Assembly: GCA_963828735.1 (NCBI GenBank) | Contig: CAWHFW010000005.1 | Coordinates: 2,624,001 to 2,688,000 of the forward strand | Length of the DNA: 64,000 bases | DNA from: an uncultured Gemmatimonadales bacterium | Lineage (GTDB): Bacteria > Gemmatimonadota > Gemmatimonadetes > Gemmatimonadales > GWC2-71-9 | Direction: 5' to 3' | Shown here: positions 1-11,825 of the stretch, piece after piece | Layout of the letters: every line of letters starts with the position of its first letter | Position numbering within the stretch: position 1 is the first letter of the stretch | Made by a program: the position numbers and the translations under genes | The notes under the pieces: generated by a model | Told to the model about the DNA's origin: nothing | Databases searched by the model: none | Seen by the model: only the letters and a program-made list of their open reading frames with translations

Positions 1-223
1 CCTTTCGTGTGCGGTGCGGCCGGGTGGCGCGCGGCTGCTCGGACACGCGACCGAGCTCCACGGGCGACGCTACCTCGGTTTGCGACGTGGTGGCTTGTTG
101 CAGGGTGAGGTCCCGATGGGGCACCTGGAAGGCGGTCTGCTCGGCGTCGTCCGAAGCGGGTCGGCACGCACCGGCGACGATGGCGGTGGCGATGGCGAGC
201 GGAAGAAGTCGCAGGGTGCGCAT
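1..223 (-). CDS. Predicted lipoprotein, truncated by the window edge
   Basis: Not in the ORF track. Minus-strand ATG at 223 preceded by GGAGG; reads MRTLRLLPLAIATAIVAGAC (lipobox) and stays open to the edge. Confidence 0.6.
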   Translation of the reverse strand, partial: MRTLRLLPLAIATAIVAGACRPASDDAEQTAFQVPHRDLTLQQATTSQTEVASPVELGRVSEQPRATRPHRTRK

Positions 224-392
224 AGGGTCCTCCGGGGCGGTGACGTGCTCGAGCCTGAGGAACTGGTGACGACTCAGCCCACAGGCGCAGCACGCATCGC
301 CCCCCGGCACATCCCGCCCGTGCAAGTCGAACACCTCATGGAACGATAACACTCCGAGAGGCGGAGTCGAGCCCCGGCCCCCGTTCACGATC

Positions 393-2849
393 TCATGCGG
401 TTCCCACCCACATCCGTACTGCCTTCACCAGCGCCTCCGGCGAAAACGGCTTCGCGAGGAACGGCGCCCCCTCCTCGAGCAGCCCCCGCCGGAGGATCTC
501 CGAGTCGGTATATCCCGACGTGTACAGCACCGGCACGCCAGGAGCGACCCGCGCCAGCTCGGCCGCCAGCTCGGAAGCGCTGAGCCCCGGCATCACCACG
601 TCGGCGAGCACGAGCGCGGGCCGCTCACCACTCCGGCGCAGCAGCTCGAGCGCCCGCTGGCCACGGTCCGCCTCCAGGACCCGATACCCCGCCTCGACCA
701 GCGCACGCGCGGCAATCGCCCGGACCGGCGCTTCGTCCTCGACGACCAGGATCAGCTCGCCGGTCGCTGCCGGTCTGGCCGGGGCCTCTTCGGCCGCGGG
801 TTCGCCGGGTGCGTCGGTGAGCGGCAGGTAGACCTTGATCGTCGTGCCACCGCCGGGCTCGCTGTAGGCCCAGACATAGCCGCCGGACTGCTTCACGATC
901 CCGTAGACCGTCGCGAGGCCAAGTCCGGTCCCCTGGCCAACCGCCTTGGTGGTGAAGAACGGCTCGAAGATCTGCGCGAGCGTCGCCTTGTCCATGCCAT
1001 TTCCGGTGTCGCTCACGGACATCAGCGCATAGCGGCCCGGTTTGACCGCCAGCCCATGCGACATGACAGCCGAACGCTCGGTGAGCAGCGCGGTCGAGGT
1101 CTCGACGGACAAGGTGCCGCCGCGCGGCATCGCGTCGCGCGCGTTGATGGTCAGGTTGAGCAGCACCTGCTCGAGTTGTCCCAGGTCTGCCCGCACCCGG
1201 CCGAGCGCGGGGTCGAGCAGCAGCGTCACCTGGCAGTCCTCGCCCAGCGTCCGCTGAAGCACCGGCCGGAACCTCTCCAGCACCGCGTTGAGATCGAGCA
1301 CCCGCGTGCGCATCACCTGGCGACGGCTGAACGCCAGGAGCTGTGCCGTGACGGCGGCCGTCCGCTCGGCGGCGCGCCGGATGTATTCGGCGTCCGCGCG
1401 AACCGCGGTTGGGAGATCGGCTCGCGCCAGGATGAAGTCGGCGGCGCTCATCACCACGCTCATCTGATTGTTCGTCTCGTGCGCGACACCGCCGGCCAGG
1501 CGACCCACGGATTCCATCTTGTGGGCCAGACGGAGCTGCTCTTCCGCGGTGCGACGGTCGGTCACATCCTGGCAGGTACCGGTCATGCCGACGGCCGCCC
1601 CGTCCTTTCCCGGTACCACCCGCCCGAGGTCGGCCACCCACCGCACTCGCCCGTCGGGCAGCAGGATGCGAAACTCGTAGTCCAGCCGCCCGCCGTCGGC
1701 GAGGGCGCGCCGCACCGAGCTCTCGACGGACTCGCGGTCGTCCGGGTGTACCCGGGCGATGAAGTCCTCGTAGCCCGACACCCGGTCGTCCGGGCCGAGT
1801 CCGTACATCTGGCGCAGCGTGTCGTCCCAGGTGAGCGTGTTGTCCTTGGCCGACCAGAACCAGACGCCCATCCGCGCGGCGTCGAGCGACAGGCGGAGCT
1901 GCTCCTCCCGACGGCGGATCTCGTCGGTCGCCGTCTCCCGCTCGTTGCTCACGGCTGCCGCGAGGAGCAGTCCGGTCACGGCGACGACCCCGAGATAGCA
2001 TCCGACCCCGAGGAGCGTCACGCCGCCGCTCGTGCTGTTGAACGGCCCGCCGCCGGTGACGGTACGCCAGACCGCGATGACGGCAATGGCGAACGTGACC
2101 AGAGACGCCCCCCGGCTCCCGAACCGAAGCGCGGCCCAGATCACGAAGGGAAAGAGGAGGTAGAGGTAGTCGAGCATCCGGATCGGGGCGGGCGCGGGCA
2201 GGAACCGTCCCAGTCCCATTTCGGCGGCGACCACGGTCCCCAGACAGAGGAGCACCACCTCGAGCGGACCACGCACGGCGAGCCGCGGCGTCGGATGGAG
2301 CAGCCAGGCGAGGAGGAGCGGGGTTACGATCAGCGCGCCGAGCACGTTTCCGGTCCACCAGAACGCGACGGCCGTCACGGCGCCCGCCGCGGGAAGGGCC
2401 CCGGCCATCACCAGGGTGCCAACGCCGATGAACGCGCTCACCTGCGCGCTCAACGGCGCCACCATCAGGATGAGCGCGCGCACCGCGCCCATCGAGTCGA
2501 ATCGCGGTCGGCTGCCGGCGGCGCGTACGAGCAGCGTGGCGCCGATCACCGCCTCGAGCGTGTTCCCGACGGCGATGCCGGCGGCGGCTCCGAGCGGGAT
2601 GGCGGTCGCGGCGTTGGCGAAGAAGGCGCCCACGGCGATGCCGGGCCACGCGCCGCGGCCGAGGATGACGAGTGCCGCGATCGCGAGGCCCGTGGGCGGC
2701 CAGATGAGCGAGACATTCTGGCCGATGGTGGCGTAGCGCAGTCCGAACCGCGCGGCGGCGTAGTACACCGTGGCGAGGGTGGCGACTTGGAGCGCGTAGA
2801 CGGCGGGGCGGGGAAGCCGGACGCTGTCGTTCACGGCAGAGGTACCCAA
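393..2849 (-). CDS. Membrane hybrid sensor histidine kinase (MASE1-PAS-HisKA-HATPase-REC)
   Basis: Multi-TM MASE1 N-terminus (IWPPTG); PAS/PAC (VHPDDR, GRVRWV); H-box [26 protein letters not shown]; receiver VVEDE..DVVMP..KPF. Start approximate. Confidence 0.9.
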   Translation of the reverse strand: MGTSAVNDSVRLPRPAVYALQVATLATVYYAAARFGLRYATIGQNVSLIWPPTGLAIAALVILGRGAWPGIAVGAFFANAATAIPLGAAAGIAVGNTLEAVIGATLLVRAAGSRPRFDSMGAVRALILMVAPLSAQVSAFIGVGTLVMAGALPAAGAVTAVAFWWTGNVLGALIVTPLLLAWLLHPTPRLAVRGPLEVVLLCLGTVVAAEMGLGRFLPAPAPIRMLDYLYLLFPFVIWAALRFGSRGASLVTFAIAVIAVWRTVTGGGPFNSTSGGVTLLGVGCYLGVVAVTGLLLAAAVSNERETATDEIRRREEQLRLSLDAARMGVWFWSAKDNTLTWDDTLRQMYGLGPDDRVSGYEDFIARVHPDDRESVESSVRRALADGGRLDYEFRILLPDGRVRWVADLGRVVPGKDGAAVGMTGTCQDVTDRRTAEEQLRLAHKMESVGRLAGGVAHETNNQMSVVMSAADFILARADLPTAVRADAEYIRRAAERTAAVTAQLLAFSRRQVMRTRVLDLNAVLERFRPVLQRTLGEDCQVTLLLDPALGRVRADLGQLEQVLLNLTINARDAMPRGGTLSVETSTALLTERSAVMSHGLAVKPGRYALMSVSDTGNGMDKATLAQIFEPFFTTKAVGQGTGLGLATVYGIVKQSGGYVWAYSEPGGGTTIKVYLPLTDAPGEPAAEEAPARPAATGELILVVEDEAPVRAIAARALVEAGYRVLEADRGQRALELLRRSGERPALVLADVVMPGLSASELAAELARVAPGVPVLYTSGYTDSEILRRGLLEEGAPFLAKPFSPEALVKAVRMWVGTA

Positions 2850-3007
2850 GCCTCCCCGGACGGGCCGGGGTAGTGCGGGATCGATTGAATGCTGGGGTGT
2901 TCTCTGATATTAAGGCGGAACTGGTCGAGCCGCCACGGGTGTCCGCGGCCTCGACCGCGGGTGTAGCACGGGTGGCCCGCCCGCTTCGATCCGCCCATCT
3001 TCCTCGC

Positions 3008-5098
3008 ATGCCGATCACCCTCGCCGACCCCCTCGACAGCCTCGTTCGCCTCTCCCACCTGCTCGGCGCCGAAACACGCCTGGTGCAGCCGGGAGGGGGG
3101 AACACCTCGATCAAGGTCGGTGACGCCCTGTTGGTGAAGGGCAGCGGTACCGACCTCCGGACCATCGGACGCGACGGGTTCACCCGGCTCTCGCTCGCGC
3201 GCTTGGCCCCGTTGGCCGGGGCCGAGTCGATGAGCGACGCCGAAATGATGCGGTTCATGGCCGGCTGCATGCTCGCCGAGGGCCCGGCGCCGAGCGTGGA
3301 GACACCGCTGCACTCGCTCCTCCCCCACCGCGTCATCGCGCATACCCACGACGTGGCGACGATGAGCCTCACGAACGTTCCCGACGCGACGGCCGAGCGG
3401 CTGGTGCACGAGCTGTTCGAAGGGGAGATCGCCTACGTCCCGTACAGCCGGCCCGGCTTCCCGCTGGCGCGAGCGGTGAGCGCGATGGTGGCCCAGGTTC
3501 CCGCCGGCGCGATCGGGCTGACGCTGGCGCACCACGGCCTCGTCGTCTGGGGCGAGGACGCGGAGCAGGCACACGAACGGCTGGTGCACGTGGTCGGGAG
3601 GATCGACGAGTACCTCGCCACTTGCCGGCGCGGGCGGCTCCGTAACACGAGTCCCGGCAAACCCTCGCCGACGTCAGCAGAGCGCGCTGTCGCCGCGGCA
3701 AGACTGCCGGCGCGGTCGGCGCTACGGCAGCTCCCAACCCCGATGAACGCCGCCGCCTCGCCGAGGTCGTGCTGCCCGCGATCCGCGGCGCCCTGAGCCC
3801 GGCCGACCGCGTGATCCTGCACTACGACGATGCCGAGGACATCCTGACGACGCTCGCAGGAGCGCACGTTCCCGATCTCGTCGGACGCGGCATGGCGACG
3901 CCCGAGCACCTGCTGCGCGCCGGCCGCCTTCCGGTCTGGCTCGATCTCGACCTCACGGCGTCGCCCGAGGCGCTCGTCGTCCAGGCTCGCGCCGGTCTCG
4001 CCGCGGCCCGCGCCGAGTACGAGGCGTACCATGCCCGCCACGCCTCGCCGGGCGAGCGCCCGCTGGATGACTGGGCCAAGGTCGTCCTGGCGCCCGGTCT
4101 CGGCCTTATCACCGCGTTCACGGACAAGCGAAGCGCCGTCACCGCCAACCTCTGTTACCGCGCCACGCTCCAGGCCATCGACGGTGCGGAAGCGGTCGAT
4201 CGGTTCGAGTTCATCGCCGAAGGGGACGTGTTCGAGTTCGAGCACTGGCCGCTGGAGCGGCGAAAGGTGAGAGGAGACGATCGCCCGCGAGCGCGCCACC
4301 AAGGAGCTGCCGCGCCATGTCGTCGTGGTGATCGGCGGCGGAAGCGGCATCGGGCAGGCGGCGGCTCGGCGGTTCGCGGAGGAGGGGGCGCATGTCGTCG
4401 TCGCCGACCTCGACGCCAGCTCGGCGGAACAAGTCGCGGCGGAGCTCGCGCCGACCTTCCCCGGCCGGCTCGTCGGGGCCGCTGCCGACGTGCGCGACGA
4501 CGCCAGCCTCGACGCGTTGTTCCGCCGCGCGGTGCTCGAGTTCGGCGGGCTCGACTGCCTGTTCTACACCGCCGGGCTGCCGCCTCGCTTCGCGCCCATC
4601 ACCGAGATCCGCCGTGAGGACCTGCAGCGTCAGCTCGAGGTGCACTACCTCGGCGCGGTCGCCGCCATCGGCCGCGCGGCGACGATCATGCGACGCCAGG
4701 GCATCGGCGGCTCGATCGTGGCGTCGGTCTCCAAGGCGGCGATCGTGCCGGGCAAGGAGGCGGTCGCCTACGGCGGCAGCAAGGCCGCCCTGCTGCAGGC
4801 GCTCCGCGTCGCCGCGGTCGAGCTCGGACCCGATGGCATCCGGGTGAACGCGATCAACGCCGACCAGGTGGACACGCCGCTGTTCCGTCGCTTCGTGCGG
4901 GAGCGCGCCGCGAGCCGCGGCGTGACCGAGGCGGAGCAGCTCGAGGCCTACCGCAAGCGCAACCTGATGGGCGTGTCGCTCATTCCCGCCGAGGCGGTCG
5001 CCGAGCTGGCCGTCTCGCTCGCCGGCGATCGATTCCGCTTCACGACGGGCGATCTCATCACGGTTGACGGCGGGTTGCCCGAGGCCTTTCCCCGATAG
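3008..5098 (+). CDS. Bifunctional class II aldolase / short-chain dehydrogenase (rhamnulose-1-phosphate aldolase-SDR type), frameshifted in this sequence
   Basis: GGGNTSIK, KGSG, PSVETPLH, HTH, HHGL aldolase motifs; SDR GGGSGIG and YGGSK. Split over three ORFs by a 65-nt insertion near 3623-3750 and an extra A near 4270. Confidence 0.85.
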
Positions 5099-5170
5099 CA
5101 GGATTGCACCCGGCGGATGCCGCCATAGGTTGAGAGGCATTCCACCATCACCCCGACCCGGATCCGCGCC

Positions 5171-5701
5171 ATGAAGAAATCGCTCTCCCTCGCCGCGCTT
5201 GGCACGCTCTGTCTCGCTTCGACCGCCCTCGCTCAGGCCCCGGCCGCGGAGGCGCTCCGCTCCGTCGCCAAGAGCGCCAGCACCAACCTCGTCGCCGCCG
5301 CCGAGGAAATGCCCGCTGACAAGTACGGCTTCAAGCCGACGCCCGCGCAGATGAGCTTTGGCGACGTCATCGGCCATCTGTCCGGCGGCAACGATTTCCT
5401 GTGCTCCCATATCAGCGGCGTCGACGCGCCCAAGCGCGCCGAGCTGGCCAAGACGGCCGCCAAGAGCGAGCGCGTGGCCAGGCTCAAGGAGACGTTCCAG
5501 TTCTGCGAGTCGTCGCTCGCCAAGCTGGACGACTCGAAGCTCGGCGAGAAGGTGCCGTTCTTCGGGCATAGCGAGGTCTCGCGCGCGGAAGCCATGTTCG
5601 CTGCCGCCGAGGACTGGTCGGATCACTACAGCCAGCTTGCCATCTACTTGCGGCTCAACGGTCTCCTGCCGCCGACCGCGAAGAACAAGCAGGCGGAATA
5701 G
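5171..5701 (+). CDS. Secreted DinB/YfiT-family protein
   Basis: Signal peptide; AAEEMPADKYGFKPT..SFG..H and C-terminal HYSQLAIYLRLNGLLPP typical of DinB-like proteins. Confidence 0.8.
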   Translation: MKKSLSLAALGTLCLASTALAQAPAAEALRSVAKSASTNLVAAAEEMPADKYGFKPTPAQMSFGDVIGHLSGGNDFLCSHISGVDAPKRAELAKTAAKSERVARLKETFQFCESSLAKLDDSKLGEKVPFFGHSEVSRAEAMFAAAEDWSDHYSQLAIYLRLNGLLPPTAKNKQAE

Positions 5702-5755
5702 CGTCTCCGGCACGCGCCGCCCTGGTAGCGAGCCGATCATACGCGCAACAGGCGC

Positions 5756-5783
5756 CGGGGACCGCGACAGCGGTCCCCGTTTT
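5756..5783 (+). terminator. Rho-independent terminator after the DinB gene
   Basis: CGGGGACCGC-GACA-GCGGTCCCCG stem-loop followed by TTTT. Confidence 0.7.
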
Positions 5784-5870
5784 CATGTGCGGGTGGAACA
5801 CGGCCGCGAAACCGATGACCGGCCCTCCGCGTCCGGAATGGTACCTCATCTCCCTTGCGCCGAGGCCATC

Positions 5871-6642
5871 ATGTTTCGTCTCCCGGTCCTATCGCTGTCG
5901 GCGGTCCTCCTCGCCGCCGCCGCTCACCACGCAGTTCAGCTCCCGGCGTCGAGCGCGGGTGTTCGCGACACGGTGCAGGCCGGCGATCCGGCCCTCGACG
6001 CCACCCACCTTCGCCCGTTCTCGCTGGTCAGGAACCTCACGCTCACGCGCGGCGATACGGTCAAGCCCTTCGGCACGCAATCCGAGCAGCTCGCCGCCGC
6101 CACGCTCAACGGACGCGAGGTGCTGCTCGACGTGCTGAGGTTCGACACCCCGAACGCCACGACCGTGGACAGCTCCTGGATCGAGGCCCGCACGCTCCGC
6201 CCGATCCGGATGCGCTCGAGCAACGCGTCCCGACGTCGTCGCGCTCGATTTCGATGGGCAGCGCGTCCGCGGCGGCACGACCCCGACGGCGGGCGCCCCG
6301 ACCTCCCTGGATCAGCAGCTCGGTGTCCGCCCGTTCGAATGGAACATGTTCGGCCTGGCGCTCTCGGCGCTGCCGCTCGAGCCCGGCTATCGCGCCACGA
6401 TGCCCGTCTACATGGACCGCTTCGGGCGGGTCGTCTGGTATGCCGTGGAGGTCGTCAAGGACACGAGCCTCGTGCGCGCGAACGGGCATCGCGCGCCGAT
6501 GTGGGAGGTCCTCGCCGTCCCCGACTCCGGCGCGCCCTCCGCCCGCTTCTGGGTCTCGCAACACCACCGGTTCGTGGACCAGGCGCTGGTCTGGGAGCCG
6601 GGTGTGTCGATCATGTACGAGCGGGACATGGGCCGTCGATAG
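5871..6642 (+). CDS. Secreted hypothetical protein (possibly DUF3108-like), single frameshift near 6234
   Basis: Signal peptide MFRLPVLSLSAVLLAAAA; removing one base from CGAC (6231-6234) gives a continuous frame ending at TAG 6642. Confidence 0.6.
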
Positions 6643-6752
6643 CGCGAAGACGCTGACGGCGTCCCACCGGCCCCATCCGCGGGCTGCCCACTCCCGTCCG
6701 AGGCGCACCGACCACATCTTCCGGGTCCACCCGCACCCTCTCCCGGAAGCCC

Positions 6753-8989
6753 GTGGCCAACCCGATCTCCACTGAGTTCGAACGTCTCGGCACCGCGCTC
6801 GCCGGCCGTTACACGATCGCGCAGGAGCTCGGCCGGGGCGGCATGGCGACGGTCTACCTGGCCGACGACCTGAAGCATCATCGCAAGGTCGCGGTCAAGG
6901 TGCTTCGCCCCGAGCTCGGCGCTCTCCTTGGCCCAGACCGCTTCACCCGCGAGATCCGGATCGCGGCCGGCCTCAACCACCCGCACATCCTTCCGCTCCA
7001 TGATTCGGGCGATGCAGCCGGCATGCTCTTCTACGTCATGCCCTTCGTCGGCGGCGAGTCACTGCGGCAGAGGCTGGCCCGCGAAGGCGCGTTCCCGGTC
7101 GGGGATGCCGTTCGGATCGTGCGGCAGGTCGCCGCGGCGCTCGACCACGCGCATGCGCAGGGCGTGATCCACCGCGACATCAAGCCCGAGAACATCCTGC
7201 TGCACGAGGGCGAGCCCATGGTGGCCGACTTCGGGATCGCGCTGGCGGCCGGCGCGGCCCCCGACGAGCGGCTCACGGACGCCGGCCTCCTCGTGGGCAC
7301 GCCGGAGTACATGAGCCCCGAGCAGGCCGCGGGCGAGCGCGTGCTCGACGCCCGCAGCGACGTCTACAGTCTCGCCTGCGTCCTGTACGAGCTGCTCGCG
7401 GGCGAGCCGCCGCACGTGGGTGCTCGCCGCGAATGGTGATCGCCAAACGGTTCGCCGAGCCCGTCCCGCGCGTGCGCCGTCTTCGCCCCACGGTGCCCGT
7501 CGGGCTGGAGGAGGCGCTGGTCCGGGCCCTCGCGCTCGAGCCGGCGGACCGATTCCCGTCCGCCGCCGCCTTCGCGGAATCCCTCACCGCGGAGGCGTCC
7601 GGCCCGAAACCGCCGTCGGTCGCGGTCCTGCCGTTCCTCAACCAGAGCGCGGACCCCGAGAACGAGTTCTTCGCGGACGGGATCACCGAGGACGTCATCG
7701 CGCAGCTGGCGAAGATCCGCTCGCTCAAGGTGATCTCGCACGGCTCCGTGATGGCGTTCAAGAGGCGCGAGCAGAGCCTGCGAGAGATCGGCGCCAGCCT
7801 CGACGTCGAGACGCTGCTCGAGGGCAGCGTGCGCCGCGCGGGCGATCGGGTGCGGATCGTCGCGCAGCTGATCGACGCTGCGACGGAGCGGCATCTCTGG
7901 GCCGAGACCTACGACCGGCAGCTCACCGACATCTTCGCGATCCAGACCGACGTGGCGCTGCAGATCGCGGCCGCGCTCAAGGCGGAGCTGTCCCTGGATG
8001 AGCGGACCAGGATCCGCCGGGAGCCGACGGCCAACGTGCAGGCCTACCAGCTCTACCTCCAGGGACGGCACTGCTACACGCGATACACTGAAGAGAGTAT
8101 CCGGAAGGGCATCGAGTACTTCCAGCAGGCGATTGCGGCGGACCCCGAGTATGCACTGGCACACGCCGGGCTCGCGCTCGCCTACGGAGAGATCGCGGGC
8201 GGAGTGGGTGGCGGCGCGGTCCGCCCGGACGAGGCGTATCACCTCGGCCTGGCGGCCGTGAGAAAAGCACTGGCGCTCGATCCCGAGCTGGGCGAGGCGC
8301 ACGCCGTGCTGGCGCTGCTCCGAATGGTTCACGACTTCGACTGGGCCGGCGCCGAGAAGGAGTTCAAGCTGGCGATCGAGCTGAGCCCGGGCGCGTCGGA
8401 CATCTACGACCACTACGGGTGGCTCTGCAGCGCGCTCGAGCGTTACGACGAGGCCCTCGAATTGGTGCGGCGCGCGCAAGAGCTCGACCCGCTCACCCAT
8501 CGGGCGGATGTCGCCACGACACTCCTTCGTGCCGGCCGGCTCGACGAGGCGCTGCAGGCGGCGCTCGCCTGCGTCGAGTTCGATCCCGACTACGGGCGCG
8601 GGCGCTCCACGCTGGGCTGGGCCTATCTGTACAACGGGATGGCGGAGAAGGGGATTGCGGAGCTCGAGTGGGTGGTGACACGCATGCCTGGTCATCCGCT
8701 CTATCTGGCCCAGCTCGGCGAGGCGTACGGGCTGACCGGCCGCGCGGAGGAGGCGCGGGGAGTGCTGAGCCGGCTACAGGAGATGTCCGGGGAACGGTTC
8801 GTGTCGCCCTACCATCTGGCCTACGTGTACACCGGGCTGGGCGAGCAGGATACGGCGATCGCGCTCCTGGAGGAGGCCTACGAGAAGCGAGCCGGCAACG
8901 TGTACGGCATCAAGGGGTCGTTCCTGTTCAAATCGCTCAAGGAGCACCCGAGGTTTCAGGCGTTGCTGGCGAAGATGAACCTCGCGTGA
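6753..8989 (+). CDS. Ser/Thr protein kinase with TolB-like (SVAVLPF) domain and TPR repeats, frameshift near 7423
   Basis: [33 protein letters not shown]; then [26 protein letters not shown] and TPRs. One missing base joins ORFs 6753-7439 and 7433-8989. Confidence 0.88.
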
Positions 8990-9014
8990 TCGTGAGATCG
9001 CGTCGGGCCCGCCT

Positions 9015-10898
9015 CTAGGGCTTCACCGTTACGGGCACGGCCAAGCGCCACGGCGCGAACGGCGAGTCGAGCACGAGGGAGAGCTCGCCGGGCTCGGTGG
9101 GTCTGAGCTCGAAGTCGGCGGTTTCGCCGGGACCGGTGAGCAGGGGACTGGTGCGGGGCACCGCCTGCGCCGCCGGCAGGTCGGCGCCATCCTTCGCGAG
9201 CGCGCGCCACGTCACGAGCGACGAATCGGCGCCCGCGTGGCGGAGCGCGAAGTAGGTCCGGGCGTCACCTATGTTGATGAGCCGGAATCGGTAGGTACGT
9301 CCCGCGCGCAGCTCGATCGGCGCCGGCTCGGTGCGTCCGTTCACGACGCCGACGAGGCTGTCACCCCGGACCAGCCCGCCCACGATCACGAGCCGGTTCG
9401 CGGCGGTGTCATAGGTTTCGCCGGGTGGTACGACGATGATCGCCCCGTAAAGCCCGCCCGGTATCTGGAACAGCTCGTGCGCGTGCGAGTGGTAGATGAA
9501 CGTGCCCGCGCGCGGCGGAGTGAACTCCGCGATGAACGAGTCGCCTGGCGCGATGGGCGCGAGCAGGTGGTCCGGCGTGCCGCTCCAGCCAGGGACGCCG
9601 TCGGGAAAGCTTTCCAGCTCGATGCCGTGCCAGTGCACCGCCGTCGGCTCGGTGAGCCGGTTCACCACCGTGATGCGAACCGGGCGCCCTCGCTCGAGCA
9701 CCAGCGCCGCCCCCGGCACGGGCGCCGAGTCCCGCGCAGGCTCCACGTCTCCTTCCTGCAGCGCGTATCCCATGAGATGGGCTGAATCGGCGGGGGACCG
9801 CGCCGCCTGGACCAGCAGCCGCAGCTTTCTCTGCAGGGCCGGCGCGGGTGCGGCCAGCGTCGGCGCGCCTTTGGCGGGCGCCACGCGCAGGCCCAGTACG
9901 AGGCCAGCCATGCGATGCGCCATGTGCTCACCGTCGTGGCCGCCCGGGGCCGCGGTATCGGCTGACAGCGACTGCTCGTTGGAGATATGGAAGGCGAAAT
10001 GGCAGTGAAAGAGCCAGTTGCCCGGCCGCACCGGGGTCCAGCGCGCGGTCATGGTGCCGCCGGGCGGCATGAGCTCGGTCACGACCATTCGACGATCGGC
10101 GGGTGCGTACACCGTGTCGGCCGCCCAGCCGCCTCGGCTGTCGACCTCGTAATAGAAGCCGTGCAGGTGCATCGGGTGCGAGCTGGACGTGGGGTTGAGC
10201 CAGCGCCAGCGCACGGTGTCGCCGACCTGATAGTCCAGCCGCTCGGTCTCGGGCCAGCCCTTGCCGTTGATGACCATGAACTCGCCGCCGTTTTCCCCGG
10301 GCTTGAGCCAGAGGCCCATGACGAACACCCGCTCGCTCGCCGGCGGCGGTGCACCGGCCGAATCCACGATGAAGGCGCCGGAGAGCTGGCTGTCGATCCA
10401 GCGGTCATCCTCCATGTGCTTGGCGGTCGTCGTGCCCCAGTAGTAGTAGGTGCCCGCGCGGCCGGCGTCGAAGCGCACGCTTCGCGTGGCGCCGGCCGGG
10501 ACCACGAGGCTGTCGTCCGGCTGCCCGGGATGCGCGGCGAAGCCGTGCAGGACCAGCGTCGAGTCGCGCAGGCGGTTCCGGATCGTCGCATGAATGACGG
10601 TGCCCTCGGGCACCCGGATCAGGGGACCGGGGATCTGGAGCGGGCGTCCGGCCTCGCCGAACGCCTGGACCTCGACGCCCGGTCCGTCGTCCGCGTGCGG
10701 GCGGAACACGCCGCTCCGGAGCTCGAGGTTGAGCGTGAGGACCCCGTCTCGAAGCCGGCCGGCAGGGGCACGATTTGGGTTGGCGAGGATGCGCTCGGTG
10801 GAGGGGGGAGTCCCATGCCGGTGTGGCGCGTCGGGCCGCGACGCGGAAGCGAGCGTGAGCAGACCGACGGCGACGGCGACAGACGGGTGCACGGGCAT
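9015..10898 (-). CDS. Secreted multicopper oxidase
   Basis: Signal peptide; cupredoxin motifs HPMHLHG, WLFHCHFAFH, VHWHG, IYHSHAH. Confidence 0.88.
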   Translation of the reverse strand: MPVHPSVAVAVGLLTLASASRPDAPHRHGTPPSTERILANPNRAPAGRLRDGVLTLNLELRSGVFRPHADDGPGVEVQAFGEAGRPLQIPGPLIRVPEGTVIHATIRNRLRDSTLVLHGFAAHPGQPDDSLVVPAGATRSVRFDAGRAGTYYYWGTTTAKHMEDDRWIDSQLSGAFIVDSAGAPPPASERVFVMGLWLKPGENGGEFMVINGKGWPETERLDYQVGDTVRWRWLNPTSSSHPMHLHGFYYEVDSRGGWAADTVYAPADRRMVVTELMPPGGTMTARWTPVRPGNWLFHCHFAFHISNEQSLSADTAAPGGHDGEHMAHRMAGLVLGLRVAPAKGAPTLAAPAPALQRKLRLLVQAARSPADSAHLMGYALQEGDVEPARDSAPVPGAALVLERGRPVRITVVNRLTEPTAVHWHGIELESFPDGVPGWSGTPDHLLAPIAPGDSFIAEFTPPRAGTFIYHSHAHELFQIPGGLYGAIIVVPPGETYDTAANRLVIVGGLVRGDSLVGVVNGRTEPAPIELRAGRTYRFRLINIGDARTYFALRHAGADSSLVTWRALAKDGADLPAAQAVPRTSPLLTGPGETADFELRPTEPGELSLVLDSPFAPWRLAVPVTVKP

Positions 10899-11132
10899 GG
10901 GTGGACCTATGCTCGAACGGGGGGCCTGCCGCGATCTGATCGGGGGACGCGCAAATGTAACTCGGGGTGCCTCATGACCGGTATGCGTCGCTCGGGCGAC
11001 GGACCACCCGTTCCGGACCATTGTGCTCGGCGTGATGGAGCCGGGTGACGCGAGTCACCTCGCCCGCCCGTCCCTGAAACGAGACTGGGACCCGGGAATC
11101 GAGACCATGACCGTCGAGATGAGGAGACCCTG

Positions 11133-11792
11133 ATGCGCGTACGAAAATTCGGGCACGCCTGCCTGCTGGTCGAGGAGGGCGACGAGGCCCTCTTGTTCGA
11201 CCCCGGCCAGCGCGAGTTCCTGAGCGACGACGCCACGCCCGAGACCTTCGCCGGGGTCTCGGTCGTTGCGGTCACGCATTGGCATCCCGACCATGCCGAT
11301 GCCGACCTGATCCGGCGCATCGTCGATCGGAGCGGCGCCAAGGTCATCGCCACCCACGACGGCGAGCGCGACCTCCATGCGGTCGGCATCGAACCCACCG
11401 TGCCGAAGGACGGCACCATCTCGATCGGCGCGTTCACCCTGCAGACGACGCTCGTCCCCCACGCGGCGCTGCTCGGCTCCCCGTCGCCGGACAATTTGGC
11501 CTTCCTGGTGAACGATCGCCTGCTCAACCCGGGTGACTCGTTCGATCCTCGCTTGGGGGACTACCGCGGCGTGTTCGCCCTGGCGCTGCCGGTCACCGCC
11601 CCCTGGATGACCGAGCTCGACGCGGCGGCGTTCGCCGAGCGCTTGGCGCCCGGACGGGTCCTGCCGGTTCACGATGGCTACGTGAGGGATTTCTTCCGGA
11701 AGCGGCGCTACCAGTCGTTCCGGACCTATCTCGACAAGAAGGGGATCAGCTTCGAGGGGGACGGAGAAATGGAGGCGGGAGTCGACCTGTAA
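11133..11792 (+). CDS. Metallo-beta-lactamase-fold hydrolase
   Basis: GHACLL, FDPG, THWHPDH, PGDS, LPVHDG; GAGGAG RBS. Confidence 0.85.
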   Translation: MRVRKFGHACLLVEEGDEALLFDPGQREFLSDDATPETFAGVSVVAVTHWHPDHADADLIRRIVDRSGAKVIATHDGERDLHAVGIEPTVPKDGTISIGAFTLQTTLVPHAALLGSPSPDNLAFLVNDRLLNPGDSFDPRLGDYRGVFALALPVTAPWMTELDAAAFAERLAPGRVLPVHDGYVRDFFRKRRYQSFRTYLDKKGISFEGDGEMEAGVDL

Positions 11793-11825
11793 AACTGGGC
11801 CGCGGTCGCTCCCGCCCCCGCGCGC

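Noticed and set aside
11133..11792. Metallo-beta-lactamase resistance gene
   Set aside because: No signal peptide and generic MBL-fold motifs only.
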